Source of the DNA: Flavobacteriaceae bacterium UBA7446
Lineage (GTDB): Bacteria; Bacteroidota; Bacteroidia; Flavobacteriales; Flavobacteriaceae
Length of the DNA stretch: 60,629 nucleotides
NCBI GenBank assembly: GCA_002478685.1
Contig: DLPY01000057.1
Span: forward strand, 1-60,629
Direction: 5' to 3'
This document shows positions 54,185 to 60,629 of the stretch, one piece after another. The position numbers were made by a program, and so were the translations under genes. The stretch's first letter is position 1, and each line of letters begins with the position of its first letter. Under the pieces are notes generated by a model. That model worked only from the letters and a program-made list of their open reading frames with translations, was not told where the DNA came from and did not search any database.

Positions 54185-54741
54185 TGATGTCAACAGATAC
54201 GGAAGTTAAAAAGTGGTATGTTGTTCGCGCTGTAAGCGGTCAGGAGAACAAAATCAAGTCATATATTGAGACTGATATTGCGCGCCTTGGTCTTTCCGAT
54301 TACGTAGATCAAGTCCTTGTACCTACCGAAAAAGTAGTTCAAATCCGCAATGGAAAAAAAGTCAATAAAGAGCGCAACTATTTTCCTGGATACATCATGA
54401 TAAAGGCGAATCTCTCTGGAGAAGTGCCACATATTATTCGTTCTATTACCAATGTAATTGGCTTTCTAGGTGAAACCAAAGGTGGCGACCCTGTGCCGCT
54501 ACGCACGTCTGAAGTTAACCGCATGCTTGGTAAAGTAGATGAACTATCGGTTCAATCTGAAAACGTAGCTATTCCGTTTAAAATTGGTGAAACTATCAAA
54601 GTTATCGATGGTCCTTTCAACGGCTTTAACGGAAATATTGAAAAAGTAAATGAAGAAAAACGCAAGTTGGAGGTGATGGTGAAGATTTTCGGAAGGAAAA
54701 CGCCACTTGAACTTTCATACATGCAAGTAGAAAAAGTTTGA
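54184..54741 (+). CDS. nusG: Transcription termination/antitermination protein NusG
   Basis: 185 aa. KWYVVRAVSGQENK (NGN domain) and a C-terminal KOW domain (..GETIKVIDGPFNGFNG..). Confidence 0.95.
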   Translation: MMSTDTEVKKWYVVRAVSGQENKIKSYIETDIARLGLSDYVDQVLVPTEKVVQIRNGKKVNKERNYFPGYIMIKANLSGEVPHIIRSITNVIGFLGETKGGDPVPLRTSEVNRMLGKVDELSVQSENVAIPFKIGETIKVIDGPFNGFNGNIEKVNEEKRKLEVMVKIFGRKTPLELSYMQVEKV

Positions 54742-54811
54742 GTGTTACGCACACTGATGACTGTATAGCTTCCACTAATACAGTTGTCACTAATGTAGAG
54801 TTAAATTAATA

Positions 54812-55249
54812 ATGGCTAAAGAAGTAAGTAAAGTAGTAAAACTACAAGTTAGGGGAGGCGCCGCGAATCCATCGCCGCCGGTTGGACCCGCTCTGGGGGC
54901 CGCAGGGGTAAATATCATGGAGTTCTGTAAGCAGTTCAATGCAAGAACTCAAGATAAAGCTGGAAAAGTATTACCAGTAGTTATTTCTGTGTATGCAGAT
55001 AAGTCGTTTGACTTTGTTGTAAAAACGCCACCCGCAGCCGTTCAATTGATGGAAGCCGCTAAGGTTAAAAAAGGATCAGGCGAACCCAACCGCAGCAAGG
55101 TAGGAAGTGTTACTTGGGAACAAGTGCGCACCATTGCAGAAGATAAAATGCAGGATTTGAATGCATTTACGGTAGAATCTGCCATGAAAATGGTAGCCGG
55201 AACTGCCCGTTCAATGGGGTTTACTGTTAAAGGAGAATCCCCTTTTTAA
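54812..55249 (+). CDS. rplK: 50S ribosomal protein L11
   Basis: 145 aa. ..[31 protein letters not shown]... Confidence 0.97.
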   Translation: MAKEVSKVVKLQVRGGAANPSPPVGPALGAAGVNIMEFCKQFNARTQDKAGKVLPVVISVYADKSFDFVVKTPPAAVQLMEAAKVKKGSGEPNRSKVGSVTWEQVRTIAEDKMQDLNAFTVESAMKMVAGTARSMGFTVKGESPF

Positions 55250-55259
55250 TTGAAGTGAT

Positions 55260-55949
55260 ATGGGAAAAGTTACTAAAAAGCGTAAAGAGGCGCTCAGTAA
55301 AATAGACCGGACAAAACTGTACTCGGTACAGGATGCTTCCGCACTGGTTAAAGAAATCGCTAGCTCAAAATTCGATGAGTCCATTGACCTTGCCGTTCGA
55401 TTAGGAGTTGACCCACGTAAAGCAAACCAAATGGTTCGTGGCGTGGTAACCCTTCCGCACGGTACGGGAAAAGACATTCGAGTTTTGGCCTTAGTTACAC
55501 CTGATAAAGAAGCCGAGGCGCAAGAAGCTGGTGCTGATTTTGTGGGATTAGATGAGTATTTGCAGAAAATTAAAGACGGATGGACAGACGTTGACGTTAT
55601 CATTACTATGCCAAGTGTGATGGGTAAGTTAGGTCCATTAGGTCGTGTTTTAGGACCTAGAGGATTGATGCCAAACCCAAAAACGGGTACGGTTACGATG
55701 GACGTAGCAAAGGCCGTTCGTGAGGTAAAGGCAGGAAAAATTGATTTTAAAGTGGATAAAACAGGAATTGTGCATGCGCCTATTGGTAAAGCATCATTTG
55801 ATGCTGACAAAATTTCGGGCAACGCCAACGAACTGATACAAGCACTTATCAAGCTTAAGCCATCGTCGGCAAAAGGGGTTTACATTAAAAGTATCGCCAT
55901 GTCCAGTACGATGAGCCCAAGCATCCTTATTGATACTAAGGTAGGTTAA
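55260..55949 (+). CDS. rplA: 50S ribosomal protein L1
   Basis: 229 aa. ..[24 protein letters not shown]...LPHGTGK... Confidence 0.97.
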   Translation: MGKVTKKRKEALSKIDRTKLYSVQDASALVKEIASSKFDESIDLAVRLGVDPRKANQMVRGVVTLPHGTGKDIRVLALVTPDKEAEAQEAGADFVGLDEYLQKIKDGWTDVDVIITMPSVMGKLGPLGRVLGPRGLMPNPKTGTVTMDVAKAVREVKAGKIDFKVDKTGIVHAPIGKASFDADKISGNANELIQALIKLKPSSAKGVYIKSIAMSSTMSPSILIDTKVG

Positions 55950-55964
55950 TAGCGTACAGAATAT

Positions 55965-56486
55965 ATGACACGAGAAGAAAAAGCAATTGTAATTGAGCAG
56001 CTAACTGCTACTCTTGCAGACAATGCAAATATCTATTTAACAGATGTTTCTGGCTTGAATGCAGAGGCGACCTCTAGATTAAGACGCGCCTGTTTTAAGG
56101 CAAATATTAAGCTAGAAGTGGTAAAAAATACATTGTTAGCCAAAGCCATGGAGGCTTCCGACAAAGACTTTGAAGATTTATCTACGGTTTTGGTTGGAAA
56201 CACAGCCATGATGCTATCAGAAACAGGTAATGCACCTGCTAAGCTGATTAAAGAATTCCGCAAAAAATCAGAAAAGCCTATTCTTAAGGGTGCTTTCATT
56301 GGGGAAGCAATTTATTTGGGTGATGATCAAGTGGAAGCTTTGGTGAACATCAAATCGAAGGACGAATTGATTGGCGAGATTATAGGCTTGCTACAATCGC
56401 CTGCGAAAAACGTGGTATCTGCCCTTAAATCGGGTGGCGGTACCCTTGCTGGAATAATCAAAACACTTTCTGAAAAGGAAGCATAA
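55965..56486 (+). CDS. rplJ: 50S ribosomal protein L10
   Basis: 173 aa. MTREEK..., ..LR....K.....VVKNTL...A... Confidence 0.95.
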   Translation: MTREEKAIVIEQLTATLADNANIYLTDVSGLNAEATSRLRRACFKANIKLEVVKNTLLAKAMEASDKDFEDLSTVLVGNTAMMLSETGNAPAKLIKEFRKKSEKPILKGAFIGEAIYLGDDQVEALVNIKSKDELIGEIIGLLQSPAKNVVSALKSGGGTLAGIIKTLSEKEA

Positions 56487-56519
56487 AACATAATACAAAC
56501 ACAATTAAATAGTTCAAAA

Positions 56520-56897
56520 ATGGCAGATTTAAAAGATTTTGCAGAACAATTGGTCAATTTGACCGTAAAAGAGGTCAATGAACTGGCCAATATCCTAAAA
56601 GAAGAGTACGGTATTGAGCCTGCAGCAGCAGCCGTTGCCGTAGCTGGACCTGCTGCCGGTGGTGGTGGTGAAGCAGCTGAGGAAAAATCAGAGTTTGACG
56701 TAATCCTTAAAGCCGCTGGTGGTTCTAAACTTGCTGTTGTTAAGCTTGTTAAAGAACTTACAGGTCTTGGTCTTAAGGAAGCAAAAGAGCTTGTTGACAA
56801 TGCGCCTAGCCCAATTAAGGAAGGTGTAGCAAAAGACGAAGCTGAAGGGCTAAAATCTTCTTTGGAAGAGGCTGGTGCTGAAGTAGAACTTAAGTAA
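56520..56897 (+). CDS. rplL: 50S ribosomal protein L7/L12
   Basis: 125 aa with an Ala/Gly-rich hinge and ..[37 protein letters not shown]. Confidence 0.97.
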   Translation: MADLKDFAEQLVNLTVKEVNELANILKEEYGIEPAAAAVAVAGPAAGGGGEAAEEKSEFDVILKAAGGSKLAVVKLVKELTGLGLKEAKELVDNAPSPIKEGVAKDEAEGLKSSLEEAGAEVELK

Positions 56898-56915
56898 TTA
56901 AGTTACCGATACAAA

Positions 56916-56965
56916 CCGAAGGTTTAAGCCTTCCGTCTAGGGGCGGGTGGGCTTAAACCATTTGG
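56916..56965 (+). promoter_or_regulatory. Strong hairpin in the rplL-rpoB spacer (putative partial terminator/attenuator)
   Basis: GGTTTAAGCC (56921..56930) pairs perfectly with GGCTTAAACC (56950..56959). The stem is extendable by CCGAA/TTTGG with one bulge and is followed by TGTTTTAT. It is analogous in position to the E. coli rplL-rpoB attenuator. Confidence 0.45.
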
Positions 56966-57008
56966 TGTTTTATGCCCCTTCTACTAATTTTTTAATACGT
57001 AAACCCAT

Positions 57009-60000
57009 ATGTCCAACATAACGAGCGCAATCCGACACAATTTTGCTTCGGCCATAGGTACCCCTCCATATCCAGATTTCCTTGATATTCAGATCAAATC
57101 TTTCCAGGATTTCTTCCAACTTGAAACTAAGTCGGACGAGCGTGGAGATGAAGGCTTATATAACACCTTCATGGAAAATTTCCCTATTTCGGATACCCGA
57201 AATCAGTTTGTTTTAGAATTCTTAGACTACTTTGTAGACCCACCTCGTTATACCATTCAAGAATGTATAGAGCGTGGTTTGACATATAGCGTTCCGCTAA
57301 AGGCACGTCTTAAATTATATTGTACTGATCCTGAACACGAGGATTTTGAAACTATCGTTCAGGACGTGTATCTGGGAGTAATTCCTTACATGACTCCAAG
57401 TGGCACCTTTGTTATCAACGGTGCTGAGCGAATTGTTGTGTCACAATTACATCGATCTCCAGGTGTATTTTTTGGACAATCGTTTCATGCTAACGGTACT
57501 AAATTGTATTCTGCTCGTGTGATTCCATTCAAGGGTTCTTGGATTGAATTCGCCACAGACATCAATAGTGTAATGTATGCCTACATTGATCGAAAGAAAA
57601 AATTACCAGTTACTACACTTTTCCGTGCTATTGGCTATGAGCGTGATAAGGACATTTTAGAAATTTTTGACCTTGCAGAAGAATTTAAAGTTTCCAAAAC
57701 AGGCCTTAAAAAACTATTAGGGCGCAGATTGGCAGCACGTGTACTTAACACCTGGTTTGAGGATTTTGTTGACGAAGATACTGGTGAAGTGGTTTCTATT
57801 GAACGAAATGAAATTGTTCTTGATCGCGATACTGTTCTTGAAAAAGAGCACATTGAGCAGATATTAGAAGCAAACGCTGCTACTATTTTATTGCATAAAG
57901 AGGAATCGCAATCTGCTGACTATGCTATTATTCACAACACGCTTCAAAAAGACCCAACGAATTCTGAAAAAGAAGCAGTGGAGCATATTTACCGCCAGTT
58001 GCGTAACGCTGAGCCGCCAGATGAAGAAACTGCTCGTGGAATTATTGACAAATTGTTCTTCTCTGACCAACGCTACAATTTGGGTGAGGTAGGTCGCTAC
58101 CGAATGAATAAAAAGCTTGGTCTTGATATTGACATGGATAAGCAAGTGCTTACCAAAGATGATATCATTACCATTATCAAGTACTTGATTGAGTTGATTA
58201 ACTCAAAAGCTGAAATTGATGATATTGACCACCTTTCTAATCGTCGTGTTCGCACGGTAGGTGAGCAACTCTCATCTCAGTTTGGTGTAGGGCTTTCTAG
58301 AATGGCGCGTACTATTCGTGAACGAATGAATGTGCGTGATAATGAGGTGTTTACACCTATTGACTTAATCAATGCCAAAACGCTTTCGTCGGTCATTAAC
58401 TCATTCTTTGGAACTAATCAGCTTTCGCAGTTTATGGACCAAACTAACCCATTAGCAGAAATTACGCACAAGCGTCGTTTATCTGCATTAGGGCCTGGAG
58501 GACTTTCGCGTGAGCGTGCTGGTTTTGAGGTGCGTGACGTTCATTACACACACTATGGAAGGCTATGTCCAATCGAAACACCTGAGGGACCAAATATTGG
58601 TTTGATTTCTTCGCTTGGAGTTTTTGCTAAAGTGAATAATCTAGGATTTATTGAAACACCTTACTATAAAGTAGAAAATGGTGTTGTTGATATGTCCCAG
58701 TCGCAGTATTTATCTGCCGAGGAGGAGGAAGGTAAATTGTTTGCACAGGCAAATATTGATAAAAGCGAGTCGGGTGAAATTGCTGCTGATAAAATTATTG
58801 CGCGTTCAGAAGCAGATTATCCAGTAGTTGACAAAACAGAAGTTCACTACACAGACGTGGCGCCAAACCAAATTGCGTCTATTTCGGCTTCCTTAATTCC
58901 ATTTTTGGAGCATGATGATGCAAACCGTGCATTGATGGGCTCGAACATGATGCGCCAGGCGGTTCCGCTATTGCGTCCGCAAGCACCTATTGTAGGTACA
59001 GGTCTTGAGCGTCAAGTAGCTACTGATTCGCGTGTACTTATCAATGCTGAAGGGGATGGAAAGGTAATCTATGTTGATGCTGAAAAAATTACCATCAAAT
59101 ACGATATGTCTGATGACGAGAGATTGGTTTCTTTTGATTCAGATGAAAAGACTTATGGACTGATTAAATTCCGCAAAACCAATCAGGGTTCATGCATCAA
59201 CCTTAAACCCATTGTTTCAATCGGAGACCGTGTAGAAAAAGGTCAAGTGCTTTGTCAGGGATATGCTACCGAAAATGGTGAGCTTGCTCTTGGTAGAAAC
59301 ATGAAAGTGGCGTTTATGCCATGGAAAGGATACAACTTTGAGGATGCTATTGTTATATCTGAAAAGGTAGTTCGCGATGATATCTTTACTTCAATTCATA
59401 TTGATGAATATTCATTGGAAGTACGTGACACCAAATTAGGAAAAGAAGAATTAACCAATGATATTCCAAACGTTAGCGAAGAGGCTACTAAAGATCTGGA
59501 TGAAAATGGTATGATTCGTGTGGGTACCGAAGTAGGCGCTGGCGATATCTTAATTGGTAAAATCACACCAAAAGGTGAATCAGATCCTACTCCAGAAGAA
59601 AAACTTCTTCGTGCTATTTTTGGTGATAAAGCGGGAGATGTAAAAGATGCTTCGCTGAAAGCATCGCCATCACTTAACGGAGTTGTTATCGACAAAAAGC
59701 TCTTTACCCGAATTGTTAAGGATAAGCGTAAGCGTTCTCAAGATAAAGAGGCCATTATGGAACTCGAAGATAGCTACGAAGTAAAATTTGACAAGCTGCA
59801 ATCTGTATTGGTAGAGAAATTATTTTTTATCCTTAGTGGTAAAACCTGTCAAGGTGTAATGAACGACCTTGGCGAGGAAGTGATGCCTAAAGGGAAGAAA
59901 TTTACCTTAAAAATGCTTAATGCAGTTGACGATTATGCACACCTTGTCAACTCTGACTGGACAGTAGATAAGCGCATAAATGCCTTGGTTAATGATCTAA

Positions 60001-60629
60001 TGCACAACTATAAAATCAAGGAAAACGATTTGCAAGGTGCATTGCGAAGAAACAAGTTTACTATATCTGTTGGGGACGAACTTCCTGCAGGTATTTTAAA
60101 ACTTGCCAAAGTTTATATCGCTAAAAAGCGCAAGTTGAAAGTAGGGGATAAAATGGCTGGGCGTCACGGGAACAAAGGTATCGTTGCCCGAATTGTACGT
60201 CAAGAAGATATGCCATTCCTAGAAGATGGAACGCCCGTTGATATTGTATTGAACCCACTTGGGGTACCGTCGCGAATGAATATTGGACAGATTTACGAAA
60301 CTGTTCTAGGGTGGGCTGGTCAGAAATTAAGCAAAACATTTGCCACACCAATTTTTGATGGTGCTACAAACGAGCAAATTGATGCGCTTACCAAAGAAGC
60401 AGGAGTCCCACAGTTTGGTCATACGTATTTATATGATGGCGGAACAGGGGAGCGTTTTGATCAACCAGCAACGGTGGGTGTAATTTACATGCTAAAACTT
60501 GGACACATGGTGGACGATAAAATGCACTCACGCTCTATTGGTCCATACTCGCTTATTACCCAGCAGCCGCTTGGTGGTAAAGCGCAGTTTGGTGGACAGC
60601 GATTTGGCGAAATGGAAGTATGGGCACTT
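57009..60629 (+). CDS. rpoB: DNA-directed RNA polymerase subunit beta (3' truncated by window edge)
   Basis: The frame is open from the ATG at 57009 to the window end (1207 codons). It reads [14 protein letters not shown]..., with conserved ..[24 protein letters not shown].. and ..NRRVRTVGE... It is absent from the ORF track only because no stop lies in the window. Confidence 0.97.
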   Translation, partial: MSNITSAIRHNFASAIGTPPYPDFLDIQIKSFQDFFQLETKSDERGDEGLYNTFMENFPISDTRNQFVLEFLDYFVDPPRYTIQECIERGLTYSVPLKARLKLYCTDPEHEDFETIVQDVYLGVIPYMTPSGTFVINGAERIVVSQLHRSPGVFFGQSFHANGTKLYSARVIPFKGSWIEFATDINSVMYAYIDRKKKLPVTTLFRAIGYERDKDILEIFDLAEEFKVSKTGLKKLLGRRLAARVLNTWFEDFVDEDTGEVVSIERNEIVLDRDTVLEKEHIEQILEANAATILLHKEESQSADYAIIHNTLQKDPTNSEKEAVEHIYRQLRNAEPPDEETARGIIDKLFFSDQRYNLGEVGRYRMNKKLGLDIDMDKQVLTKDDIITIIKYLIELINSKAEIDDIDHLSNRRVRTVGEQLSSQFGVGLSRMARTIRERMNVRDNEVFTPIDLINAKTLSSVINSFFGTNQLSQFMDQTNPLAEITHKRRLSALGPGGLSRERAGFEVRDVHYTHYGRLCPIETPEGPNIGLISSLGVFAKVNNLGFIETPYYKVENGVVDMSQSQYLSAEEEEGKLFAQANIDKSESGEIAADKIIARSEADYPVVDKTEVHYTDVAPNQIASISASLIPFLEHDDANRALMGSNMMRQAVPLLRPQAPIVGTGLERQVATDSRVLINAEGDGKVIYVDAEKITIKYDMSDDERLVSFDSDEKTYGLIKFRKTNQGSCINLKPIVSIGDRVEKGQVLCQGYATENGELALGRNMKVAFMPWKGYNFEDAIVISEKVVRDDIFTSIHIDEYSLEVRDTKLGKEELTNDIPNVSEEATKDLDENGMIRVGTEVGAGDILIGKITPKGESDPTPEEKLLRAIFGDKAGDVKDASLKASPSLNGVVIDKKLFTRIVKDKRKRSQDKEAIMELEDSYEVKFDKLQSVLVEKLFFILSGKTCQGVMNDLGEEVMPKGKKFTLKMLNAVDDYAHLVNSDWTVDKRINALVNDLMHNYKIKENDLQGALRRNKFTISVGDELPAGILKLAKVYIAKKRKLKVGDKMAGRHGNKGIVARIVRQEDMPFLEDGTPVDIVLNPLGVPSRMNIGQIYETVLGWAGQKLSKTFATPIFDGATNEQIDALTKEAGVPQFGHTYLYDGGTGERFDQPATVGVIYMLKLGHMVDDKMHSRSIGPYSLITQQPLGGKAQFGGQRFGEMEVWAL

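Noticed and set aside
55211-55852. 213-aa ORF antisense to rplA, and the similar 157-aa ORF at 56327..56800 antisense to rplJ/rplL
   Set aside because: These are long open shadow frames opposite highly expressed, codon-biased ribosomal protein genes. The translations are low-complexity (Ser/Pro/Ala/Thr rich) and resemble no family.

Overview
The window looks like a chromosomal core region from a Bacteroidota genome, most likely class Flavobacteriia. Three things support this: a SusC/SusD pair, TAnnTTTG -7 promoter boxes with no Shine-Dalgarno sequences, and the gene order rpsU-xerC-hpf-tRNA(Thr,Tyr,Gly,Thr)-tuf-tRNA(Trp)-secE-nusG-rplKAJL-rpoB. Most of the window is tightly packed housekeeping genes: glmS, lpxK, lipA, murB, valS, psd, cdsA, ftsH, rsfS, birA, pyrE, coaD, ddl, rluD, a complete trpEGDCFBA operon, six tRNAs, tuf and a ribosomal protein cluster, ending in a truncated rpoB. 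No CRISPR array, IS element or transposase was seen.

Observations worth a second look:
1. A lower-GC three-gene outer-membrane module of unknown function lies between lpxK and lipA. It encodes a putative surface lipoprotein plus two tandem paralogous beta-barrel proteins. A duplicated, structure-conserving hairpin is present, and one copy lies inside a signal-peptide coding region. This is my best candidate for an undescribed system.
2. A textbook Trp-codon leader peptide (MKKITNKSLWWSSF) with a terminator/antiterminator precedes trpE.
3. Three decayed genes are present: an mscL remnant inside the trp operon, a LUD-domain gene with one in-frame TGA, and a multiply disrupted MarR gene.
4. A 17-nt direct repeat of the tRNA-Gly 3' end looks like an integration scar.
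5. A hicAB toxin-antitoxin pair has an operator palindrome overlapping its -7 box.
6. A putative lysine catabolism cluster combines a saccharopine dehydrogenase family gene, a DUF1338/HglS-like gene and an FAD oxidase.
7. Several apparently leaderless genes have the -7 box abutting the start codon.

All functional calls come from my recognition of protein families in the translated ORFs. No database search was run.
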